DNA of 19,623 nt from NCBI GenBank assembly GCA_044345055.1, contig JBIJBT010000052.1, forward strand, positions 1 through 19,623, in the 5' to 3' direction. The notes below the pieces were generated by a model. The model was not told the origin of the DNA. It searched no databases and saw only the letters and a list, made by a program, of their open reading frames with translations. The position numbers and the translations under genes are program-made. This DNA is from Bdellovibrionota bacterium. GTDB taxonomy: Bacteria > Bdellovibrionota_C > UBA2361 > OMIW01. Numbering within the stretch: the first letter of the stretch is position 1; every line of letters begins with the position of its first letter. This document shows, one piece after another, positions 10,148-18,871 of this stretch.

Positions 10148-10253
10148 TAGTCGAGGATTCAGACTCGACATGCAGCGTTGTTTCCGAATATCGGTGATTT
10201 TGATTTCGCCCTCGGGGAAGTATTTGAGGGCCGACGGATTCTATTGAACTGTT

Positions 10254-10330
<77 letters not shown>

Positions 10331-10434
10331 TCACAAGAAGAATAGTATCCAAAGCTACCCGTAAGGTCAAGTATCTGCATGGAAAAAGTTTTAAAAGTCC
10401 TCAACTTGGTAGCGCTCCATACCCCCACTCAATA

Positions 10435-11442
10435 TCACAATCCAATCTTTGCCGCTGCATTATCGAGGAACAAGCTTCCCGCTCTGATATACCGCCGCAG
10501 CATCATCAGATTACGGTGGCCTGTTTGATCCTGAATTGCGCGCTCGGGCACGCCACATAGAGCTGCTTGGGTCGCCAAGCCTGCCCGCAAAGAGTGCCCG
10601 GAGTAATTGGTGCTATCACGACTCGCGAGCATTAGGGAACGCTTTACGACGCGGGCAACCGTTTTGTCGGTTAAGCGGCGAGGACTTACTCTTCCGTGCC
10701 GACTTACAGATCGAAATACGGGACCATGACGAATACTCGCCTGCTCTATCCACTCGTCATAGGCTCGGACTGGACAGGTGTCCTCATTTTCGCCAAACGG
10801 TATACCCACGGTGCGCCCCCGACCTTCCTGGTCAGTTTTACTAAACCGAATCGTTATCGCGAGCCCCTGATTTGATCGAACCACATCGGTCATATCGAGC
10901 CGAACCAATTCACTGCGGCGCATCGCTCCGGCAAATCCAATAAGAAGTAATGCGCGGTCGCGAGCTCCGAGCAAGCTATTAGGAAGAGCGGCGAGCATCT
11001 CCTGGATATCGATTAGAAGCGTTGGCAATTTCCCGCGCGGGGTAAATCCAAATGTTCGCTTTACGCCATCCCACACGGCACGCACTGCTGAGTGCCGCAC
11101 CGGTGTTTCAAGGCCACGTGAGCGGTGAACCTCAGAGATAGTAACGAGCCGTCGAGCGATCGTTGTAGTACGGCGGTTTCCTCGATTGGCAAGATATGTG
11201 ATGTAGAGCGCGACCGTTTCCGGCTCGGCGGGCAGTGATGCTCGGTTGTGGGTGCGACACCACTCGACAAAATGAGCCCAGTCTGCACGATACGCCCGAA
11301 CGGTATTCGCGGCACGAGACCGATAAGCGTAATCAAGCGCCTCTTTTTCAATTTCGGAAAGCTCAACCAGATCGCTCTGTCCCTCTCCAACGATTTCAGG
11401 AAGAAGAGGCTTCTGCGAGCTATTATCGAGATGATCATCCAT
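10435..11442 (-). CDS. Cre-like tyrosine recombinase
   Basis: N-terminal NTVRAYRADWAHFVEWC...SLPA; RDRALLLIGFAGAMRRSEL (R), SKTDQ (K), GHSLRAG (HxxR), TGH, RRY (Tyr nucleophile). Confidence 0.92.
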   Translation of the reverse strand: MDDHLDNSSQKPLLPEIVGEGQSDLVELSEIEKEALDYAYRSRAANTVRAYRADWAHFVEWCRTHNRASLPAEPETVALYITYLANRGNRRTTTIARRLVTISEVHRSRGLETPVRHSAVRAVWDGVKRTFGFTPRGKLPTLLIDIQEMLAALPNSLLGARDRALLLIGFAGAMRRSELVRLDMTDVVRSNQGLAITIRFSKTDQEGRGRTVGIPFGENEDTCPVRAYDEWIEQASIRHGPVFRSVSRHGRVSPRRLTDKTVARVVKRSLMLASRDSTNYSGHSLRAGLATQAALCGVPERAIQDQTGHRNLMMLRRYIRAGSLFLDNAAAKIGL

Positions 11443-11479
11443 AGCACGCCCCTAAAAGAGGAATTCCTCGTTTTTTCGG

Positions 11480-12058
11480 CTACCCTATTGATGAAAGCAA
11501 CCTGACTGGCTCTCCAGTAAGCGCGGAGACGATTGAGACGGGTCCTGGACCAAAGGTGCGATCGATAAGGGTCGCCCAACAGAGCACCGATATTCCTTTT
11601 AGGGTTGCTCTCGTATGTGCCTCAAGACTTGAATGGGCCGTTGTAATAACATCAGTCACCAGCACAGCGTTCATCCCACGAAATCGCTCGGCGTAACCGT
11701 TTGAGAATTTACTCTGAAGATATTGTTCGAGAGGTATATCCTCTTTCGATCGGTTTATTTCCGAATAAATAGCGCAAAGCCGCTCTGCAAAAAAGCTATA
11801 CCCACCTGGAAGCCGCAAAAAGAGGTGCACGTCGAGAGGTGCAACCACATTACGCACGCGGTGAGCTACGTAATCGGCACACGCATTTAGCTGCTCATCA
11901 TCGAGATCCTCGACCCGATAATACACATGACTCTCGCTTCGTCCCCCAATAGGGACCGGATTTTCAAAGCGCTCGGTGATGGAATCGAAGATAGCCTGAA
12001 TATCCTCAGCACTGACACTTCCTGTTGAACGATGCACGTGACCTCCCCTGACAACCAA
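11480..12058 (-). CDS. Type I phosphoribosyltransferase-fold protein (orotate PRTase-like, degenerate)
   Basis: PRPP-loop-like VLVTDVITTAHS, downstream LIDR, and N-terminal GGRSESHVYY resembling the OPRT hood. The true start may be GTG 12037, which follows GGGGAGG. Confidence 0.6.
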   Translation of the reverse strand: MVVRGGHVHRSTGSVSAEDIQAIFDSITERFENPVPIGGRSESHVYYRVEDLDDEQLNACADYVAHRVRNVVAPLDVHLFLRLPGGYSFFAERLCAIYSEINRSKEDIPLEQYLQSKFSNGYAERFRGMNAVLVTDVITTAHSSLEAHTRATLKGISVLCWATLIDRTFGPGPVSIVSALTGEPVRLLSSIG

Positions 12059-12313
12059 AACGACTCTCGATTTTTGCGGAACCTACAAAGACGCTACCAC
12101 ACCTTATCGCAGTGGAGAAGGTGGCGTTTTGTATGGAGACGAGTCGGCAAGGGTCTTGGGATATTGCGGTCCCCCATTTAATCTCTATCCTTGTTACGGT
12201 ATCATCTCTCTTCGGCCTCCGCGCGGATGTTGCGGCAATCATTCAGAGGCTTTTTTAAGACCGCTCCAGGCCGGTGAAATTACTCTGAGAGCGCTATTTT
12301 TAGGGGGTTCATC

Positions 12314-13459
12314 ATGAATGTTCCAGTTCGCATTATTCGCAGAAAAACTCGCTCGGTATCCGTTCGAGACCTGAGAATTGGTTCGGATCATCCCATATCG
12401 GTCCAGTCGATGTGCGCGACAAAGACTCAAGATGTTGAGGCCACATCTGGCCAAATTCAACGGCTTATCGATCACGGAGCTGATATAATTCGGATCGCGG
12501 TCGATAGCAAAAAAGATGTAGAAGCCCTCGCAGTCATCCGCGAAAAGGTTCCACATGCCCGGCTCGTCGTCGATCTTCAGGAAAGCTATCGGCTTGCTGA
12601 GCGAGTAGCGCCGTTTGTTGACAAAATTCGTTATAATCCAGGCCATCTCCACCATCATGAGCGCTCAGTTCCCGTGCGAGAGAAGGTTGCCTGCATCGTT
12701 GAGGCTGCTCGCCAAAACGATTGTGCGCTACGTATTGGGGTTAATTTTGGTTCTCTCGACCCGGCGCTTGGGGGGCCAGATCCGATAGAAGCCGCTCTCA
12801 CATCTGCAGCTGAGCATATTGGCTACCTTGAGGATAGCAACTTTACAAATTACGTAGTATCGCTCAAAAGCTCCGATCCTCAGGACGTTGTCACGATTAA
12901 TACGGCCTTTGCATCACGATTTCCGGAAGTTCCGCTACATCTCGGTGTTACTGAAGCGGGACTACTGCCGATGGGTGAAATAAAAACTCGTGTCGCATTT
13001 GAGCATCTCCTAGCTCGCGGCATCGGCGATACAGTTCGGGTCTCACTCACCCTACCCAACGATCGCAAGCACGAAGAGATAATCGTTGGCCGCACTATAA
13101 TTAACGATGTTTATGCGGGCCGCTTTCGATCGGTGCCAACTTTTGGCCAAGAGGGTCTCAATATTATTTCGTGCCCCTCCTGTTCACGGGTCGAAAATAG
13201 CGCATTTGTCGAGCTCGCAGAGAAGGTGCGGGTTGTCGCGCAGATTGCGGAGAAGGAAAATATCACGATCGCGGTGATGGGGTGCCGCGTCAACGGACCA
13301 GGCGAAACAGATGATGCAGATCTCGGACTGTGGTGCGCGCCGAGCCACGTTAATTTTAAACGAAAGGGTGAGCTTATCGGATCGTTCCCATACGATGAAA
13401 TCCTCCCGCGATTTGAAATCGAACTTCGGGCATTAATGGCCGAGAAGGGCTCGATTTAA
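12314..13459 (+). CDS. ispG: (E)-4-hydroxy-3-methylbut-2-enyl diphosphate synthase
   Basis: [47 protein letters not shown], 4Fe-4S ligands SCPSCSR and [10 protein letters not shown]. Confidence 0.96.
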   Translation: MNVPVRIIRRKTRSVSVRDLRIGSDHPISVQSMCATKTQDVEATSGQIQRLIDHGADIIRIAVDSKKDVEALAVIREKVPHARLVVDLQESYRLAERVAPFVDKIRYNPGHLHHHERSVPVREKVACIVEAARQNDCALRIGVNFGSLDPALGGPDPIEAALTSAAEHIGYLEDSNFTNYVVSLKSSDPQDVVTINTAFASRFPEVPLHLGVTEAGLLPMGEIKTRVAFEHLLARGIGDTVRVSLTLPNDRKHEEIIVGRTIINDVYAGRFRSVPTFGQEGLNIISCPSCSRVENSAFVELAEKVRVVAQIAEKENITIAVMGCRVNGPGETDDADLGLWCAPSHVNFKRKGELIGSFPYDEILPRFEIELRALMAEKGSI

Positions 13460-13561
13460 GCGCCGTGCTCTCTCCCCACCTGACGGGTAAACTCTCTTGC
13501 GGTCTCAAAGGTGATGCTGAGATACTGAAGGCAGAATAGTTTTACCAAAGGAGTAGCTCGC

Positions 13562-15874
13562 GTGCAGCGCCGTCAGATAGCTCTTGAAGAAGCAACGCCC
13601 CGGCAGCGCGAGATCGTGAGCCAATTAATCGAATTAGCTCGCCCGCCCGGAACGGTATGGCGAATCGTTCTCGGCGACGGGGCGTGGGACACCCGAATTT
13701 TAACTCGAGACCAATCGGGACTCTGGCTTACTCGTCCAATCGATCCCATCCTCTCTGAAGATAGTGCAGCATTTGATCAATTCCGCCTTCTTCTTAATTG
13801 GGCATGTCATCTTTCTCCAGAATACAGGAGTGGCGAGGCGAACAGTCGACTCTGGTACTGTCGTCCGTTTGCGCCAACTGTCATGGCAGATAGGGAACCT
13901 CCCTCGAGCCGCGAAGAGCTCCTGTCTTTATTCCGCCGCATTGCTGAAAGTGTCGAGCAATATCATGCAAGCTCTCGGGTGCATGGTCATGTATCACTCG
14001 CAAACATCGTCATAAGAGAGGATTCCACGATAGCGCTCGTGGATCCAGGGTTCGCCATTTTTTGCCCATCAGCGCGGGTAGGTCGAAGCTCGCTAGCTCC
14101 AGAGATTGGTGGTGACTCCCCTGTATCAGCAGCCGCTGATATCTTTACTCTAGGAAAAGTTGGCCGAAAACTTGCGGGAACTCTCGGACTTCATCGAGAG
14201 CTAAACAGCCTTTTTGAGGTCATGACATCGATGGATGTATCCCGCCGCCCCTCGATTCATTGGGTTTTGGCGGTCCTTCGCGATCTCCAGGATGGACGAC
14301 CCCTCTCAACTGATCGCAACGAAACAATACGTTCAGGAGGACGCGGCTCCGCCGTTCTTAGACCAACCCCGAAAGCTACACCATCCGAGCCCCAAATTAG
14401 CCCCAATTCACCTCAGCTAGTTGATCAATCGACACAATCACCGAAAGATCCGGCCCCTCTTACAACACCCGATCAAGAAGCTGAGCTCGCACCTGCTTCA
14501 CCGATCGAATATCCCTCACGCAACGAGCGCCGAGCCAGCTCATGGGTTGCGATTTCGCTCCTTTTTGCATTTGTCGCGCTCGCGAGTGCAGGCCGTTTTT
14601 TCTGGGGACAAAAACAGGAAGCCCCACCCTTTGACGGTTATTGGACGAGCGGTCATCCAACCTCAATGAGAATAGTCGCTGAGGCCGCTATAAGAGAGCA
14701 CAATCTCGATGCCCAGATCGCCATTCTCGATGCGGCTCGTCGAGGCTTCACCCACGGCTCGATTCACGCCGAGCTGCTAAAGGTCGCGCTTGACCCGCGT
14801 TGGGAAGCTGAGCTATCCGATGATGATCGTGAGGTTATTCTCACCCTCGCAGTTGGCTCCCTCTTAAGCGGAAGAGAGCCGGTCACTATTTCGGACTCTA
14901 CTCATCCTGGGGTCTTATTTGGGATCTTGGCCCGTTCACCGATAGAGGCACCTGCAGAGGAGTTACAGCTTTTTCCTCCAAGTCGGCTTGCAGAACTTCC
15001 CGCACCGATAGGTCCAACCTTCAAAGGTCTTCAGGCGCTCGGACTTCGATCTATCGAAGAGATCGAGGCGAAAGCAGCGGCCCATCTTCTTGCAAACGAT
15101 CTGCGCCCCCCTGTGCTCGCTGCATATCTTTCTCCCTATCGAGATGAGGGACGGCTGCTCGCTAAGCTCGATATAATCAAGGATGCCCTCCAAGCAAATA
15201 ATCAGCTCTGCATCGAGGTGCTCGGTGCGCTAGTTCCGCAAAGCGAACTAATTCGGTCTTTTATGAGCTGGTTCGATCAGGATGAGCTTGATACATGGAA
15301 AGAGGTGCAACCGCCCGCTCGATTCCTTATATCGCTCGGCCTTGTAGGCGAGCAGTTATCGTATGATCAATTAGTCGATCTACTCGCTTTTCGTCGGCTC
15401 GGCATTCGCGAAACCGCAGGTCGTAGACTTCTAAGTAACCCATCTTTTTCTGCGATTCATGAGGTGTTGCCCGTGCTGGTAGCCTCACAAAATTCCCTCT
15501 CGCGGATACAGGTACTAAGCCTTGCTGGCGCGTTGCAAACCACCGGCCGCGACCAGCTTCTTCTTGTCCACGGTTGGTTAAAAACACAACCACCACCTCT
15601 CATAGTTGCACAACTTCTTGTGGCGCGTGATGGAAAAACAAGCACTGACGGTTTCAACCTCGAGGCAGCCCGCTACCTCCTTCAATCGCGCACAACCAAT
15701 TTGCCGAGAGAAATTCTAGTAGATCTCTCCACTCACTCAGAATCGATGGCGAGAGCCTACGCCTACGGTATTTTGAAACCCTCAAACCCCGAAGATCGCC
15801 GCATCCTACAAGCCGCCCTCTCAGCAGAAACAAACCCCCGACTAAAAAAACAGCTAGTAGGAACACTAAGATAA
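13562..15874 (+). CDS. Membrane-anchored Ser/Thr kinase-like protein (probable pseudokinase) with a large helical C-terminal domain
   Basis: VHGHVSLANIVI (catalytic loop), LVDPG (DFG position), LAPE, AADIFTLG, RRPS; Pro-rich linker; TM segment WVAISLLFAFVALASA. AGGAG precedes the GTG start. Confidence 0.75.
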   Translation: MQRRQIALEEATPRQREIVSQLIELARPPGTVWRIVLGDGAWDTRILTRDQSGLWLTRPIDPILSEDSAAFDQFRLLLNWACHLSPEYRSGEANSRLWYCRPFAPTVMADREPPSSREELLSLFRRIAESVEQYHASSRVHGHVSLANIVIREDSTIALVDPGFAIFCPSARVGRSSLAPEIGGDSPVSAAADIFTLGKVGRKLAGTLGLHRELNSLFEVMTSMDVSRRPSIHWVLAVLRDLQDGRPLSTDRNETIRSGGRGSAVLRPTPKATPSEPQISPNSPQLVDQSTQSPKDPAPLTTPDQEAELAPASPIEYPSRNERRASSWVAISLLFAFVALASAGRFFWGQKQEAPPFDGYWTSGHPTSMRIVAEAAIREHNLDAQIAILDAARRGFTHGSIHAELLKVALDPRWEAELSDDDREVILTLAVGSLLSGREPVTISDSTHPGVLFGILARSPIEAPAEELQLFPPSRLAELPAPIGPTFKGLQALGLRSIEEIEAKAAAHLLANDLRPPVLAAYLSPYRDEGRLLAKLDIIKDALQANNQLCIEVLGALVPQSELIRSFMSWFDQDELDTWKEVQPPARFLISLGLVGEQLSYDQLVDLLAFRRLGIRETAGRRLLSNPSFSAIHEVLPVLVASQNSLSRIQVLSLAGALQTTGRDQLLLVHGWLKTQPPPLIVAQLLVARDGKTSTDGFNLEAARYLLQSRTTNLPREILVDLSTHSESMARAYAYGILKPSNPEDRRILQAALSAETNPRLKKQLVGTLR

Positions 15875-15955
15875 CCCCCATCCCCTCACCAGACCATCGA
15901 ACATTTTACCTTGTTGCTTGGGTGTGATAGAAAGGAATCCTAGAAATAATGCCCA

Positions 15956-15993
15956 GCCCGAGTGATGGAATGGTAGACATACAGGACTTAAAA
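15956..15993 (+). pseudogene. 5' half of a tRNA-Leu(UAA), truncated at the end of the anticodon loop (presumed attL junction)
   Basis: GCCCGAG-TG-ATGGAATGGTAGACAT-A-CAGGA-CTTAAAA gives the acceptor 5' strand, D arm, anticodon 5' strand and loop. It is followed by GAGATG instead of the expected TCCTG. Confidence 0.85.
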
Positions 15994-16216
15994 GAGATGA
16001 GGTGAATTGAGAGAACATGTGGCGGGATGGCGAAATTGGTAGACGCACAGGACTTAAAATCCTGAGTTCCGAAAGGGACGTGCCGGTTCGAGTCCGGCTC
16101 TCGCTATTAGGATTATCAAGTGGTTATCCTTGAAATTCATCCCACAATCCCTTAGCCAATGGCTTCGGGAATTTAAAAGTGGGAACTCTCTTTCACCTCA
16201 TCTCTTTTCAGTCTTG
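15982..16216. repeat. 25-bp inverted repeat enclosing the intact tRNA-Leu
   Basis: CAGGACTTAAAAGAGATGAGGTGAA (15982-16006) against the reverse complement of 16192-16216, CAAGACTGAAAAGAGATGAGGTGAA: 23/25 match with a perfect 17-bp core (15990-16006 / 16192-16208). Confidence 0.9.
16021..16106 (+). tRNA. tRNA-Leu (UAA), complete, no encoded CCA
   Basis: Acceptor GGCGGGA/TCTCGCT (two G-U pairs) plus discriminator A; D loop with TGGTA; anticodon arm CAGGA-CTTAAAA-TCCTG; long variable arm GTTCC-GAAA-GGGAC; T arm GCCGG-TTCGAGT-CCGGC. Confidence 0.92.
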
Positions 16217-16319
16217 AACCATCGAAACTGTTTTTCCACTCGTTCCCATTTAAGTTCACCCAATCAATAGCCGATAGCTTCCTATGGCTCCGGTTGGGGA
16301 ACCATTTGGAAGTGGGAAA

Positions 16320-17567
16320 ATGCGACCTTCAGAACAAGAACTTCATAAGTTTGAAAACGGCAATCTCGTGCTCTACAGACGCACCGATGCCGATACACCG
16401 TACTTCTACGCCAGGTATCTTCTTCCCAAGGTAAACAAGTGGAAGAAATTCTCTACTAAGGCAGACACGATTGAAAAGGCACTGGAAGAGGCACGGCGTA
16501 AGATCATTCAGATCCAAACGCTCTTAGAGAATAATCTTCCCGTTGATACACGCACCTTCAGGCACGTTGCTGATCACGCCATCAAGGAGATGCAGTTCAA
16601 GCTGCAAGCTGGCATCGGTAAGGTGAGCTATAACGACTACATCAGAATAATCGAACGCTACAAAGAGTTCTTCGGGCAAAAGTTCATCGGAAACATCTCC
16701 TATCAAGACCTGATGGAGTTCGATAAGCAGCGAAGTGAGCGACTTGGACGAAAGGCGAACAAGTCAACGATCAACTCCCACAACGCTGCTCTCTCTTACG
16801 TTTATGACGTAGCTATTCAGAAGGGCTGGCTGCATCCTTCTCAAAAAATCTCTCTCAAGAACGACGGTAAGAAGACAGAGCGAAGACCGTACTTCACGCT
16901 TGAAGAATATCGGAAGCTCTTTCGTTTTCTTCGGGGCTACACGAAGCTCACCACCAAAGACAGCCCTCAAGGTGGTGTTAAGAACCGCACCATCTACATC
17001 AGAGAACTGCTCCGTGATTATGTCCTTTTCCTAGCGAATACAGGCATCAGACCTGGAACTGAAACTCGCTATTTGCGCTGGAAGAACATCTCCGAGTTCG
17101 AGAAGGACGGGAAACTTTTCTTGCAAATAAAGATACCCAGAGGCAAGACAGGCTCACGCACCGTTATTGCCCGTCACTCCGTCAGACAGTATCTACAGCG
17201 CATCAAAGACCGCTTTCCAGACCTGAAGGATCTGAAGTTTTCAGAGCTAGGTAATGTGGATGCTTTTGTATTCCGTCTTCGTGACGGAACGATACCGAAA
17301 GACCTGCACGGCGCATTTAAGAGAGTGCTGGAGGAATGCGATCTGCTCAAAGATGCTGACGGCAATCAAAGATCGCTCTACAGCTTGCGACATACCTACG
17401 CCACGTTCCAACTTCTGAGGCGTGAGGTTCCAGACCTTCACCTGATCTCAAAGAATATGGGCACCAGTATCAAAATGCTGGAGGATCATTACTCGCATCT
17501 TGAGGTCTTTCATAAGGCGGATGTGTTGGCTGGAGATACAGACCGGATTGCCCGACGAATGCGCTAG
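16320..17567 (+). CDS. Tyrosine integrase with an N-terminal arm-binding-type domain
   Basis: N-terminal beta domain LVLYRR...FYARY...KFSTK; TGIRPG (R), GKTG (K), LYSLRHTYAT (YxxR variant of HxxR), NMGTS, HYSH (Tyr). The start may be 16320 or 16284. Confidence 0.92.
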   Translation: MRPSEQELHKFENGNLVLYRRTDADTPYFYARYLLPKVNKWKKFSTKADTIEKALEEARRKIIQIQTLLENNLPVDTRTFRHVADHAIKEMQFKLQAGIGKVSYNDYIRIIERYKEFFGQKFIGNISYQDLMEFDKQRSERLGRKANKSTINSHNAALSYVYDVAIQKGWLHPSQKISLKNDGKKTERRPYFTLEEYRKLFRFLRGYTKLTTKDSPQGGVKNRTIYIRELLRDYVLFLANTGIRPGTETRYLRWKNISEFEKDGKLFLQIKIPRGKTGSRTVIARHSVRQYLQRIKDRFPDLKDLKFSELGNVDAFVFRLRDGTIPKDLHGAFKRVLEECDLLKDADGNQRSLYSLRHTYATFQLLRREVPDLHLISKNMGTSIKMLEDHYSHLEVFHKADVLAGDTDRIARRMR

Positions 17568-17677
17568 GCTCATTTAGAAGTAGCAGGGGTATGCCTGACC
17601 CTAGATTGCCACTCGGATAATAATTCTCGGCTGTTTTCGGCTCAATAACGATGGTTGCTGCAAAGACGGAGATCAGT

Positions 17678-18871
17678 TCAATTTGTCCCTAACTGCGATA
17701 GGACGGATTCTCCAACTTTTTTGGCTAGCAATACGGGAACTGCGTTTCCAATCTGACGCATACTTTCAGTCCAAGAACCAGAGATGAAGTAATCATCGGG
17801 GAAAGTTTGAATTCGTGCACTTTCCCTTACGGTAAAATATCGGACGGTTCCATCTTCCAGTCGGAGCATATTCTCACCCCCTGGAACTCCATGACCGCCA
17901 GCTTTCAAGGTTTTAGATGGCTCATCAATATAGCTACCAGTATGTCCAGGGTAGGACTTCGCTCCACCCCGAAATAGATGATTAAGAAACTTCGATTGTT
18001 TTGATTCCTCTCGACTGGGTTCAGGCAAGCCCGAGAGTGCATCTCTGACTGTTTGCCATCGTTGTGTGTCAGGCTTAAATAGTGACCCCACAGATAGTCT
18101 ACTTACCGCACCTTCGAGGGAAGGAGGTATAGGCTGTCGCTTTGCCTTCGCAACTTTGTGCAAATCCCAGTACTCTCCAGTTACCCATTTGCTTTTAACT
18201 AACTCATCTTCCGAGTGAGTGGCTTTTGGAAAAGACCATTCAATTCCCAAATCAGAGCGAAAACCAACTATGAAAACTCGTTCTCGATGTTGCGGAACTC
18301 CGTAGTCAGCGGCGTTTAGCAAGCGAAAGACCACATTATACTTGAGTCCATCGAATTTTCCTTTGGTGTGAACCTTCTCTAAACGATCTAGATGTTGTTG
18401 CCATTCCTCTGAAGGCTTCTTGGTAATTTCGGGGTACGTCAATCTTAAGATGACATACTCAAAATACTCGGCAAAAGATGCCCTAAGTAGACCTTTAACA
18501 TTCTCGAAAATAAATGCCTTTGGTGTGAGCGTGTTGATCACGTTTGCAGCTAACGGAAACCCGTCTCGTTCGTCTTCATGACCCTTGTGCTTTCCTCCTA
18601 GGGAGAATGGTTGACATGGTGGACCGCCAGCAACAAGTTCGATTGAAGACTTGAGGGTATGATACGGAAAGTCCTTCACATCGCCTTGAAAGACATTCCA
18701 ATCTTTCACTAATTCGAAATTGCGCTTTTGATTTATGCGAATCGACTCACAAGCGTCTTCATTTATCTCGATAAGTGCTTCGTGTGAGCAACCTGCATAA
18801 CCAAGACCAAGAGAAAGTCCACCTAAACCGCTGAATAATTCAACACTGGTGGTTTTTTTCTTCTTGCTCAT
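17678..18871 (-). CDS. DNA (cytosine-5) methyltransferase, partner of the Eco29kI-type endonuclease
   Basis: Motif I ELFSGLGG, IV GGPPCQPFS, VI FENVKGL, VIII YGVPQHRERVF, IX RESARIQTFPD, X QIGNAVP. Confidence 0.96.
   Translation of the reverse strand: MSKKKKTTSVELFSGLGGLSLGLGYAGCSHEALIEINEDACESIRINQKRNFELVKDWNVFQGDVKDFPYHTLKSSIELVAGGPPCQPFSLGGKHKGHEDERDGFPLAANVINTLTPKAFIFENVKGLLRASFAEYFEYVILRLTYPEITKKPSEEWQQHLDRLEKVHTKGKFDGLKYNVVFRLLNAADYGVPQHRERVFIVGFRSDLGIEWSFPKATHSEDELVKSKWVTGEYWDLHKVAKAKRQPIPPSLEGAVSRLSVGSLFKPDTQRWQTVRDALSGLPEPSREESKQSKFLNHLFRGGAKSYPGHTGSYIDEPSKTLKAGGHGVPGGENMLRLEDGTVRYFTVRESARIQTFPDDYFISGSWTESMRQIGNAVPVLLAKKVGESVLSQLGTN

Noticed and set aside
10150..10169. GTCGAG/CTCGAC hairpin after the lipoprotein gene
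   Set aside because: Only a 6-bp stem with no U-tract, too weak to call a terminator.
15866..16048. 60-aa ORF on the - strand
   Set aside because: It is antisense to the tRNA fragment and the intact tRNA, so it is spurious.
15994..16216. Group I intron in tRNA-Leu(UAA)
   Set aside because: The break is after the whole anticodon loop rather than within the anticodon. I see no group I core elements or matching 3' exon, and the insert contains a full tRNA followed by an integrase.
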